Of a stretch of 64,000 bases of DNA, positions 11,326 through 22,500 are shown piece by piece (position 1 is the stretch's first letter; each line of letters opens with the position of its first letter). The stretch is from positions 558,001-622,000 of the forward strand of contig NIVC01000353.1 in assembly GCA_002269645.1 (NCBI GenBank), written 5' to 3'. The translations under genes were made by a program, and so were the position numbers. The stretch comes from Macrostomum lignano. Lineage: Eukaryota. A model generated the notes under the pieces. The model was not told the origin of the DNA and did not search any database. It worked only from the letters and a program-made list of their open reading frames with translations.

Positions 11326-12555
11326 CGTTTAATCGTTGAGACTGTAATTTTTGTGAGTGGTCAGTTGATTTTAATCGATTTTAATCGCAATCAACGGTGG
11401 TGGAGGCGGCACATTTCTCTTTTGTCTGGTTTTGCTGCACGTGAGTTATACTTAATTATTTATTCAATAATTTTTAAGACTGATTATTTATATGATATGG
11501 CAGTTTACCTTTTTTCCCATTTTTTAGCAAAACGAGATACCCAATTTATAGACATCTCAATATTATATTATTCTACCTTAGAATTTAGAACTTAGGTATT
11601 TCAGAACACCATTTAAGTTTCCATTTAAATGTTGCATTAAAAGTCTAATTTGAGTTGGAATTTAGCCAATTTAGCTATAGTCAATCGAGTTTGAGAAACA
11701 ATACGCTGTCTAAATTATTGTACTGCCGGAGGTGAATAGGATGTTGGCTTGTCAAAATAAGTCTGGAAAGGTGTAATAATATGTAAACAACAGCTCCGCT
11801 GTATGATTTTCACGTACAATACGAAATACGATATAGATACTTGTAAAATAGTCTGAAAAGTTTTGACGAGCCTCTAGCTGGTGCTGCTGAATTCGATTTT
11901 TTTAAATAGCAAAAGTTTTTTAAAGATTGAATTAACGAATAGTGGAGGTGTCTATAATTGGTGTCATACGCTCGTATTGCTACGCAAAAAAAACTAAAAA
12001 ACTAACAATTTAAATAAGACAAAATCTTTTTTCACGCGACTTTATTCTTTCACTTCTATTTAAACTTTATTTTACCTAACCAGAGCTGGTTTCGTTATTC
12101 GTAATTTATTTTAATTAGTTCGATAAGCTAACCAAGTTTTTTCTTTGCGGTAGTCCTACTATTGATATTAGTTTAGAATTTTCGTAGTAGTACTAATACA
12201 TAAAACCGATTATTATTTCATTGAATTCAACGTTTCTAGTGAAGTTCCGATTCAAAGAAGGAAAAATCATCCTTCCAATTTAACATGTAATTAGTAATGT
12301 TTTCAATTTTAAAAAAACCTATAGCTACTCCATTAACTATTTATATCGATCTATTTTCTACTATATTTAATCTGACTAATAAATACATAAACTCAAAATC
12401 AGTTACTAAATATACTATTTATAAATTTTGGCCTCTAAGCCTTACGGGCGCTGACGGTATCAAAATTATCGGGCTTTAAAAAACCGAAAAAAAGGATTTT
12501 TCAAAAGGAGCTGTCGTCTTTCGGCTTTATCCAGCAGCAGCGACCATATAGATCA

Positions 12556-13279
12556 TGTCTAGGTCGTGTCTGCATGGAGGTCGTGTCTAGGTCGTGTCTG
12601 CATGGAGGTCGTGTCTAGGTCGTGTCTGCATGGAGGTCGTGTCTAGGTCGTGTCTGCATGGAGGTCGTGTCTAGGTCGTGTCTGCATGGAGGTCGTGTCT
12701 AGGTCGTGTCTGCATGGAGGTCGTGTCTAGGTCGTGTCTGCATTGAGGTCGTGTCTAGGTCGTGTCTGCATGGAGGTCGTGTCTAGGTCGTGTCTGCATG
12801 GAGGTCGTGTCTAGGTCGTGTCTGAATTGAGGTCGTGTCTAGGTCGTGTCTGCATGGAGGTCGTGTCTAGGTCGTGTCTGCATGGAGGTCGTGTCTAGGT
12901 CGTGTCTGCATGGAGGTCGTGTCTAGGTCGTGTCTGCATGGAGGTCGTGTCTGCATGGAGGTCGTGTCTAGGTCGTGTCTGCATGGAGGTCGTGTCTAGG
13001 TCGTGTCTGCATGGAGGTCGTGTCTAGGTCGTGTCTGCATGGAGGTCGTGTCTAGGTCGTGTCTGCATGGAGGTCGTGTCTAGGTCGTGTCTGCATGGAG
13101 GTCGTGTCTAGGTCGTGTCTGCATGGAGGTCGTGTCTAGGTCGTGTCTGCATGGAGGTCGTGTCTAGGTCGTGTCTGCATGGAGGTCGTGTCTAGGTCGT
13201 GTCTGCATGGAGGTCGTGTCTAGGTCGTGTCTGCATGGAGGTCGTGTCTAGGTCGTGTCTGCATTGAGGTCGTGTCTAG
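12556..13279. repeat. 28-bp minisatellite (GTCGTGTCTAG GTCGTGTCTGCATGGAG), ~26 copies
   Basis: Period 28 read directly. The paralogous array is at 27593-28410. Confidence 0.95.
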
Positions 13280-13844
13280 TTCGCTGCTGCACTATAAAAA
13301 CTGCGCGTCATCTGTAGCTACATGGTTGCTACAAGAGAATTAAGTTGTTTTGGTTAATAGCGCGCTGAAGCGAGTATACTTTTTGTCTTAAAATATGCAT
13401 GTAGATTGGTGGTCTTACTAGCAGCGTACAGAGCTGTCAATGTACTCGGCAGATCGGAAAGGTAACGAAGGAAAAAAACAACTACAACGATGTAATAACT
13501 CTCCCTAAAACGGAGTACTTCCAGGATTAAAAGAAAGAATCAACAGGAAGGAAATGTTGCACCACGTACATGGGTAACAGCAGTATCATGGTGTTGCTTT
13601 TCTAGAATCTAATTGTCAGCGGACGACTGCAGATGATGTAAAGTATTGTATAGACGGCTGGGAGGCAAATCTAACAGGGCGAGAACTTCTTAAACGAGTA
13701 TTAGCGGCTGGAGAATCATTAGACGGAATAGTAGGCTCTGGGAAGGGTCTCCGGTGGCGGCGGCGGTAACCTATGGCCCAGACGGGGACGTACAATGCTT
13801 TGTGGAAATCAATAATTATTTCTTCAGAGCGTTAAAATACAAGG

Positions 13845-15070
13845 CCTGCAGCGCTAAATTGAGTGCCTGCAGCGCTAAATTGAGTGCCTGCAGCGCTAAA
13901 TTGAGTGCCTGCAGCGCTAAATTGAGTGCCTGCGACGCTAAATTGAGTGCCTGCGTCACTAAAATGAGTGCCTGCAGCGCTAAATTGAGTGCCTGCAGCG
14001 CTAAATTGAGTGCCTGCAGCGCTAAATTGAGTGCCTGCGACGCTAAAATGAGCGCATGCTTGCGACACCAAAATGAATGCCGTGCGGCACCAAAATGAAT
14101 GCCTGCGGCGCCAAAATGAGTGCATGCTTGCGGCGCCAAAATGAATGCCGTGCGGCACCAAAATGAATGCCTGCGGCGCCAAAATGAGTGCATGCTTGCG
14201 GCGCCAAAATGAGTGCATGCTTGCGGCGCCAAAATGAATGCCGTGCGGCACCAAAATGAGCGCATGCTTGCGACACCAAAATGAATGCTTGCGGCGCCAA
14301 AATGAGTGCATGCTTGCGGCGCCAAAATGAATGCCTGCGGCGCCAAAATGAATGCTTGCGGCGCCAAAATGAGTGCATGCTTGCGGCGCCAAAATGAATG
14401 CATGCTTGCGGCGCCAAAATGAGTGCATGCTTGCGGCGCCAAAATGAGTGCATGCTTGCGGCGCCAAAATGAGCGCATGCTTGCGGCGCCAAAATGAATG
14501 CCTGCGGCGCCAAAATGAATGCCTGCGGCGCTAAATTGAGTGCCTGCGACGCTAAAATGAGCGCATGCTTGCGACACCAAAATGAATGCCGTGCGGCACC
14601 AAAATGAATGCCTGCGGCGCCAAAATGAATGCTTGCGGCGCCAAAATGAGTGCATGCTTGCGGCGCCAAAATGAGTGCATGCTTGCGGCGCCAAAATGAA
14701 TGCCTGCGGCGCCAAAATGAATGCTTGCGGCGCCAAAATGAGTGCATGCTTGCGGCGCCAAAATGAGTGCATGCTTGCGGCGCCAAAATGAATGCATGCG
14801 GCGCTAAATTGAGTGCCTGCGACGCTAAAATGAGCGCATGCTTGCGACACCAAAATGAATGCCGTGCGGCACCAAAATGAATGCCTGCGGCGCCAAAATG
14901 AGTGCATGCTTGCGGCGCCAAAATGAGTGCATGCTTGCGGCGCCAAAAAGAATGCCTGAGGCGCCAAAATGAGTGCATGCTTGCGGCGCCAAAATGAGTG
15001 CATGCTTGCGGCGCCAAAATGAGTGCATGCTTGCGGCGCCAAAATGAGTGCATGCTTGCGGCGCCCAAAT
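13845..15070. repeat. Compound 21/25-bp minisatellite (GCCTGCGGCGCCAAAATGAAT / GCATGCTTGCGGCGCCAAAATGAGT)
   Basis: Tandem variant units. It accounts for the repetitive ORFs at 13754-15170. Confidence 0.95.
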
Positions 15071-15469
15071 TAGCGCTAACAACACACTGATTCTCTAAAT
15101 AATGTACATGTAGGAATTCAGTCATCAAAGTTGTGGCTTTGTCCCCTCCCCTCCCCCACCAAAAAACCATGGCGACGCCCCTGCATGTATTTGACTATCA
15201 AAATACTATCTACGCGTTCGCATGTACAACGTACAGATATATTTTTTTATCGTGCATGAATGACGTCTCGCAACTCTTTTTGGTGCCGGAATGCAAATTA
15301 AGTCTATTATATTTACATGCACGCTTGTCTCAAGCCACAATTCAGTGCAGAGATACACAAATTAATGTATAAAAACTTGGACGATATGTTATTAGGTAAA
15401 GTGGCTCGCTTGATGAAGAGTAGATAAATAAAGATAAATATCAACATGAAGTTATTTATTTATTTATTT

Positions 15470-15520
15470 GAGTTGCCGATGCATTTCGTCCATTTGCATT
15501 AGGACATCCTCAGGGTATTT
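15470..15520 (-). ncRNA. Minimal type I hammerhead ribozyme in the Penelope 3' terminal repeat
   Basis: Minus strand reads CC-CTGAGGA-T-GTCC-loop-GGAC-GAAA-TGCA-TC-GG: CUGANGA core, stem II, GAAA and palindromic stem III AUGCAU. Confidence 0.75.
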
Positions 15521-17577
15521 TTATTTAAGAAACAATTTGAACGAATATTCAGTATATATAGATAGTTGAGAGTAATAAGAGTAGTTGAATTGAGTTTTTA
15601 ATTGATGGTTTAAAACTTGTACATAGTAATCAATTTTTTATACAGTATTGGTTGGGTAAAGTGCATATATCAGTTTCAAGCCAGTCCGGTCATTGACAAA
15701 TCAGCTAAAAAATGCTGAGTTGACGGCTAGCCCCACCCATCGCAAGTTGGTTATTTAACGTGGGCTGTTTGGTCTTAATGTACAGGGCTTCTAATAGGCA
15801 GAGCATGTGATCTCTATTACAAAAATCAATAGCCTTTATCATTTCGTGTGGTTCAGCCTCACAACAGGAATTGCAGGTTAGCAGGTGTTCGTTAATAGCA
15901 GAGTTTTTAGCCAGTGCTCTCTGACCCTCGTGTACAAGTGTCGTTTAGTTTTTCCTATGTAGGAGATGCTCTGGTCCTCAGAGCAAACAAATTTATACAC
16001 GACACCAGCCGCGAGAGGACGTGGAACACTGGATTTCAACTTGCAGACGAACTTAGCAATCTTTTCGGTGCGAAACACAACACGGATTTGAGTGTTTAAG
16101 TCTTTACGTAGCAGCTTTTCTAACTTCTTTTTAAACTCTATAGAACAAACATCAAAATAAGGCAAAGTGATCAAGGGACATTCAGAGGTGGAATCACGAA
16201 CTTTCATCCGAGTAGGTTCAGTCAGTTTGTCATTGAGAAAAGAGTTGACAATTTTCATCACAAAGTTCTTAGGATAGCCATTGTAGCTGAGCAGATTGGT
16301 GAGGATTTCAACTTCGTTGTGGAAAAGTCTCCAAGAGCTGCAAGTGGAAAAAGCCCAGTGAAGAAAGCCACGAATCAATCCAGTTTTCCATTGTCTAGGG
16401 CACAAGGCGTCAAACCTAAGCATAAGCCCGGTAAAGCTAGGTTTCCTATACACGCTGGTCGAAATAGTTTCATCAGTGGCGTCAACGTCAATGTCTAAGA
16501 AAGGAAGTCTTCTGCCTCCCCCCTCCACCGTGAATTTGATATTCTCATGAGTAGAATTGATTAACTTAAAAAACTCATCCTTCTTAGCTTCGTCCTCAAA
16601 GATCGCAAACGTGTCATCGACGTAGCGTTTGTAGAAGTGAGGCGCACAAGGGAGGGCCATCCAGTCCTTTTCCCAGTGAGCCATGCACAAATTAGCGAGG
16701 GTTGGGGCGAGAGGGCTGCCCATGGCACACCCATCAATCTGTCTGTAATATTTGTCCCGAAAAAGAAAGATGCCGGAGGTGGCGAATTTGAGCATCTTCT
16801 TAAAAGTGGCTTTAGAGAAAGGAGGTGGATTGGTTTTTTCATACACAAGATCAGCAGCCAGCTCAATGGTGAATTCGAGAGGGATGTTGGTGAACAGAGA
16901 AACAACATCAAAGCTATAAAGCCTGTCAGTTTGATTAATCGTGGTATTGCTGAGGCTCTCAATAAACTGTTTATTGGATCCCACACAGTGCTCAGAAGGA
17001 ATAACAGGTTTAATTAAATTGTCAAGGAATTTGGCTTGCTCATACTCCGAAGTGTTGATCATCGAAACAATTGGTCTTAAAGGATGACCATCTTTATGGA
17101 CTTTGCACAGACCATACAGTTGTCCAGGTTGGCTACCACTTGGGACAATCACCTAAAAGATCTCAGGGCTCACATGCGGCTTGACATAAGTTCTCAAAAA
17201 ATTCTGAAGAGATCTTTCATTTTTCAGAATCGGGTGGGTCATAGTGACTTTATCGGCGGTACCAAGGCATTGAAACTTGAGTTTGTCCTGGACCACTTTC
17301 TCAAGTTTCTCAAAATAATCATTACTGTCTAAGACAGTAACGCCATAGCCTTTATCGTAACCAACGATCTTGATATTGTCATTGTTCTTGAGACCGTTCA
17401 TAGTCTGGTGCATAAGCCTATTGCTTTTCTTGTTAACGTATCCTTGAGCTCTACAGATAAACTTGATTACTATGTACAAGTTTTAAACCATCAATTAAAA
17501 ACTCAATTCAACTACTCTTGTTACTCTCAACTATCTATATATACTGAATATTCGTTCAAATTGTTTCTTAAATAAAA

Positions 17578-17625
17578 AGACCCTGACGATGTCCTAATTA
17601 AAATGGACGAAATGCATCGGCAACT
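17578..17625 (+). ncRNA. Minimal type I hammerhead ribozyme in the inverted 5' terminal repeat
   Basis: CTGACGA (17583-17589), T, GTCC-loop-GGAC, GAAA (17609-17612), TGCATC. Predicted cleavage is after C17618. Confidence 0.75.
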
Positions 17626-18534
17626 CAAATAAATAAATAACTAACTTCATGTTGATATGTTATTAGTCTTTTTCTATCTTATCTGAAGTGGAGGGAGCTG
17701 TGTGCGAAGGTTGGAAGGGTTAAAGCTACTCCGATCAGTTTTCTTGCATCTTTTATTTCAGAGTCCAAGAGAAATTGTTCACTGGCGTATAGAGTGGCGA
17801 CTTTTTAATGTTGCTGAGTATAGCTAGTTGCTGAGTATAGCTAGTTGCTGAGTATAACACTAGTTCTCTATTTTTAAACACAGCTCTCACCCCGCGAGCA
17901 AGAATTTTTCAAACTGAGGATTAAGTCATTATTTTAGTTCCGCGTTGGTTTGGTCTGCCCTACTAGTATTGGACGGCAAGGAAATGTGTACTTCTTAAAT
18001 CTGGAAATATAGCTGTGCATGTGGGTGCACATTTGGTGTACATGTGTGCATTAGTGTCATAGGAGATGTACTTGCATGACAGGGGTGAGTCAAATTTCTT
18101 GGAAAAAAGCGAATGAGAGCGCCAAGTCTGCTTTTTAAGTCTGCTATCGATAAAATACATTTGAGGCAACACACTCGGTTTCCAATCCACAAAAATTCGG
18201 TGCAATCGCTAACCTATACTGCCTAGTGCAGCGAAGCTTACAACTTTTCGATCCAAAATTTGATTTTTTGACCAAAAACTGAGTGGATTCGTTCATCTCT
18301 GAAGCTACGGAAGGAATTGCATGTAAGTTAAGCAAAATACTAGTAAACCTGTCACAGTATATGCATACTATACCATCTTATAGATAACTGCTCGTCTGTA
18401 TCAAGTATTATATTTTCTCATCAATTAGTCAAAAAACTAGTGAAACCACCTTAGAATATGCACACGTACTGACGATATAGGGAAAACTGAAAATGCAGGA
18501 CTCTATACACTAGTTTCCATAAGTTAGATAAAAT

Positions 18535-18960
18535 CTACTCAATCAATTTATAAGAATGATTGCATGCACTACAGAGACTACTGATGAAATTGAGTTCAGT
18601 AGTTGATTGTCGCGCTGTCGCGAGTTGTAAAATTTTTCAAATCAGCTTCTTTGGCCCACATAAGTGGTTAATGAGTGAAGGGTGGCCCATCTTGTGTATC
18701 TATGACATTTTTTGTAAGTGCGAGTATAAGCATCCTTCTATTGTACTTCAGCTGTCCATGATATTGACTCGACTCGAACTAGATCAAAGATCATATCAAG
18801 GAGTTCTATAATTTGCAATGCTAATTATAGAACTCCTTGCATCATGCATATATACACAAGATGGGCCACTCATTTACAGCGCTAAAATCTACTACTGAAC
18901 TCAATTTCGTCAGTAGGCTCTGCAGTGCATGCAACCATTCTTATAGTTTGATTGAGTATC
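18535..18960. repeat. Foldback / inverted duplication upstream of gene copy 2
   Basis: 18551-18602 matches the reverse complement of 18892-18943 with 4 mismatches in 52 bp. Inner segments 18667-18710 and 18841-18880 also match inverted. A single arm is present at ~4265-4440. Confidence 0.8.
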
Positions 18961-19303
18961 CTATTTAATTCGTTTAATAATTATAGCGTCTTATTTCCCT
19001 TAATCTACTGAACTCAAAATTTAAGCAACCCATAGATGTCGGCTTTTTTTCGCACAAGTGACGAAAAACCTAGGCCTATCTATGGAATATAGGATCTATT
19101 CTCTAGATCATCCAACAGTTTAGAAGACGAAGGAACTATTAGTATAATACTGATTTAGTGCAAAATTGTAAAATTCCTTTCTGCCTACTATTAGTACGCT
19201 CGTAGTAAATATAAAGCGTTTTTTTATTCTATATTTTTAACTCTTTGCTAATGCATTGAAATAATGCATTTGCATTTCTAAATAAAACCATATTTTAAAC
19301 ATT

Positions 19304-19498
19304 TAAGACACTTAACTCTGCATTGCTTCAGTTCACCCAGCTGTAAAATGGATGCCAGCATTAGCTGGGATAATTGAGGGTATGTGTGGCGACCCCCAGT
19401 CCTTGGACTGAACAGCCGTACGCAGCCTTCAATAGCGGCGGCTGAGCTGTCGGTTGCACATCTGCCCATTGGACAGGTGTAATCAATTATTATAATAA
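19304..19498 (+). mobile_element. 5'-truncated SINE-like insertion with 10-bp TSD
   Basis: Absent from copy 1. Flanked by TTTAAACATT at 19294-19303 and 19499-19508, and ends in an ATT/TAA-rich tail. AAGACACTTAACTC..CACCCAGCTGTAAAATGG resembles, from memory, conserved SINE central domains. Confidence 0.65.
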
Positions 19499-19516
19499 TT
19501 TAAACATTGCAGTATA

Positions 19517-22500
19517 ATGCAGCGTCCGAGGGGCGCCGCCTCAGGAGTGCGACGACAAGCCACCAGCAGTCCACAGGAACTCTTCAGCGTGCAGATTACT
19601 GGCCTGCCACCCGGCGTGTCCAGTCAGAGTCTAGTCGATCGGTTCCAGCAGTCTGCAGGTCAGTTCGTGATTCCTCCCGAGCCCAAGCAGCGAGACAAGA
19701 CTGCCTGGTGCGCTTATCTAAATGGACTCACAGAAAACCAGGCTGAAACCTTTCAGGAAAGATGGAATAATAAAATATTTCCCGGCGGACAACATCCTAT
19801 AAGATGCAAAACAAGCTCGTCAAAATTGAAGGGAAGTGAAAATATTCAAGGCAAGGCCACCCAACCGCAGCCTATGATTTACAACGTGGAATTATCCGGA
19901 CTTCCGCCAAATGCATCGAACAAGTTTCTGGCCGCGACATTCAAGCAGAGCGCCGAAAAATTTGAGGTGCTCCCAGAACCGAAGCAGCGTGACAAGACTG
20001 CCTGGTGCGCTTATTTAAATGACGTTCCCGAGTCTGAGGCACACAGATTTATACAAAAATACGATAATTTCAAGATAGGCAATAACAAGTTTGTAGTGAG
20101 GTGTAGGCTCATTTTCAAAGCTGACCGTCGGACTACTGAAGATCGTTCTAGAGTGCGATCTAGAGTGCATGGTGACTCGCTACGGCAGCAAACTGAGAAG
20201 CTCGGCGCCGAGGCCTCAAGCTCGCAGTCTTCCGTGAGCACTACCCATAGTGAGACTACCAATCAGGATAAAGGCATTTTGTGCAAGTACAATATTCTGG
20301 GCACATGTAAATTTGACAATGACTGTAAGCACATTCATATGTCTTGTCCAATGGAAGAGGATTGCGACGATGATGAGTGTTGCCTGGGTCACCCTGCGAA
20401 CGTTAAAACGCAGATTGGTCGTAGCGTGGGTCGCAGACTGGTATTGTGCAATCTCTTTCGATTCGGAGCTTGTCGATACGAATCAGAATGCCGCTTCAAA
20501 CACTTAGACTGTCCGTTAGCAGAATTATGCGAGGATTCCTGCTGCTTTTTTGGGCACCCGCAGGGCTGGGGAAGCGATTTCTCTGATCCAAACGAATGCT
20601 CTGTGGATTGCGACCAGTACGACTGCACGAAGAGCCACCCAGTTGGTCGCACAAAGCGCTGTCAATTCGGCGATAAGTGCACCAAATTTGAGTGCAGCTT
20701 CCTGCACTCCGAGAAGCGTCAGGCTTGCGAATCTGCCGGCGACTGTCAGGATTTCGACTGTTCAAAGTTGCACCCGGAATCTCGTGAGGAGCCTTGTGTG
20801 AAAGGAGCCAAGTGCCTGGAATTTCATTGCCAAAAACTGCACCCAGCTTCTAGAGAGCTATGCGACAAGGGAAAGCTGTGCACTGAATATGCGTGCGATA
20901 AACTGCACGAAGCTGGCAGACGTAAAAAATGCAAGTGGAGAGATCGTTGCAAGCTGCCCTTTTGTCCATGGCTTCATCCAATAAACCGGAGCAAACAATT
21001 TTGCGACCGGGGCGATTCGTGCGACGACTTCGACTGCGCATTGGTGCATCCGCCTGGTCGATGCAGTCCCTGCAAGTATGGAGAACGGTGTTGGAATCAC
21101 ATTTGCGAATGCCTACACCCCGAGGCTTGGAACCCTTGTCCCAACGGTCTGGGCTGTCGCGATGTCACTTGCGATTGCTCGCACTCTCCGAGACGCCCCA
21201 AACCGTGTACGCAGGGGAGCGACTGCAGGAACAGAGATTGTGCAGGTTTACACCCAGGTATGAGTAGCGTTTCGAACGCGCCTCTTCAGAGAAGCTCAGC
21301 GCTTAAATCGGATCACCAGCGAAGAATTGACAGAGAAGCGAACCGCTTGCCAGTACTGAACTATCGAGAACAGTTCCTTGAACGGCTTCAAACTGAAAAA
21401 GTTCTGATTGTAAGGGCAGAGACAGGAAGTGGAAAGACCACCCAGCTGCCGCAGTACGCAGCAGAGTGCTTCGGAGGCCTTGTTATCTGCACACAGCCTC
21501 GCGTGATGGCGGCGGTCTCGATTGCGCATCGAGTGGCCCAAGAATTTGACGGATGCGATGTCGGAGAGTCAGTCGGGTACAAAGTCGGTGGCGAGAACAG
21601 TGCACCAGGCTCTGGCATAATGTTCATGACAGAGTCGTGTCTCATTCGGTATTGCCAAAGCAATGAATCATTGGACAATGTGTCAGTGCTAATCGTCGAT
21701 GAAGCTCACGAGCGATCGCTGAATGTTGACATTGTTCTTGGACTTGCCAAGCTCATTCGCATCAAGAGACCTGACAATTTCTATGTTGTGATAGCATCGG
21801 CCACGATCGATCCACAGTTGTTTCGAGATTTCTTCAACTGCGGCGTCCTTGACATTCCAGGAAGAATGTACGATGTCTCACTGCAGTACATTCCTCCGGC
21901 TTTTGATTCAAACCCGGATGTGTTTATCAAAAGTCATCTGGTGCCAAGTCTGATTAAAGCGCTGCGAGACCACAGCGACGGTTATGCGCTCGTCTTTCTG
22001 CCCGGAGAGCGAGAAATCCAGCAGGCCATCAAGGCGTTTCAGCAGCAGCAGACGGAAGACAACTGCGTGGCGCTGCCTCTGTACGGGTCTCTTCCTCGGG
22101 AGGAACAGGTCAAGGTTCTGGACTTCAAGCCGAGTCAAGACTCCGATCGCTTGGTGGTGTTCTGCACTAATGTTGCTGAGACGTCACTGACAATCAACGG
22201 AGTCAGGTTGGTGGTCGACTCCGGTCTGGCGAAGGAGTCACGCTTTGACGCAAAGAGGCGCATCACAGTGTTGGAGCTGCGGCAGATTTCGCAGTCAGCC
22301 GCCAACCAGAGAAAGGGTCGAGCGGGACGAACTGCACCAGGTCACTGTGTTCGGCTGTACTCTGAGGACGTTTTAAAGAGCGCTGAGTTTGTTCCCGAAA
22401 TTCTGCGGTCCTCGTTGGATCTGGTCGTTCTGCTGTTGATCAAACTAAAGTTAAAGCCGCTCGAGTTTCCATTTCTGGACAAGCCAAATGAAGAAATGCT

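Larger units (their letters stand above)
3100..13768 (+). repeat. Segmental duplication unit 1 (paralog of ~15100-28898)
   Basis: The gene, 3' flank, 28-bp minisatellite and Gypsy tip align with unit 2 at an offset of about 15 kb. Upstream homology is patchy and diverged, so the left boundary is approximate. The right boundary is sharp at the GGC tract (13768 vs 28898). Confidence 0.85.
15438..17659 (-). mobile_element. Penelope-like retroelement (RT + GIY-YIG endonuclease), decayed, with ~195-bp inverted terminal repeats
   Basis: Minus-strand ORF 17479-15705 contains YGLCKVHK, LRPIVS, SFDVVSLFTNIP, GCAMGSPLAP, RYVDDTF, LPFLDI and GVVYKF..SYIGKTKR. After a frameshift near 15910 it continues KNSAINEH...LEALYIK..PTLN. 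There is an in-frame TAG at 17153-17155. 15438-15633 is the near-identical reverse complement of 17464-17659. Confidence 0.92.

Noticed and set aside
11353-11595. 80-aa ORF identical in both copies (26332-26574)
   Set aside because: It has a non-ATG start and AT-rich 3'UTR-like composition. The identity is explained by the near-identical 3' flanks.
12556-13279. 28-37 bp repeat arrays as CRISPR (also 58505-61410, 62215-62850)
   Set aside because: The units are head-to-tail without unique spacers, there are no cas genes, and the context is eukaryotic.
13800-13830. 15-bp match AATTATTTCTTCAGA with ~2268-2282 as the left duplication boundary
   Set aside because: It is short and AT-rich, and flanking similarity is too weak to separate from chance by eye.
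13754-15170. Long ORFs over minisatellites (also 30311-30893, 32192-32939, 37060-38613, 47881-49745, 49853-51106, 52494-54005, 54500-55168)
   Set aside because: They are translations of stop-free tandem repeats, open in several frames at once, with no domain content.
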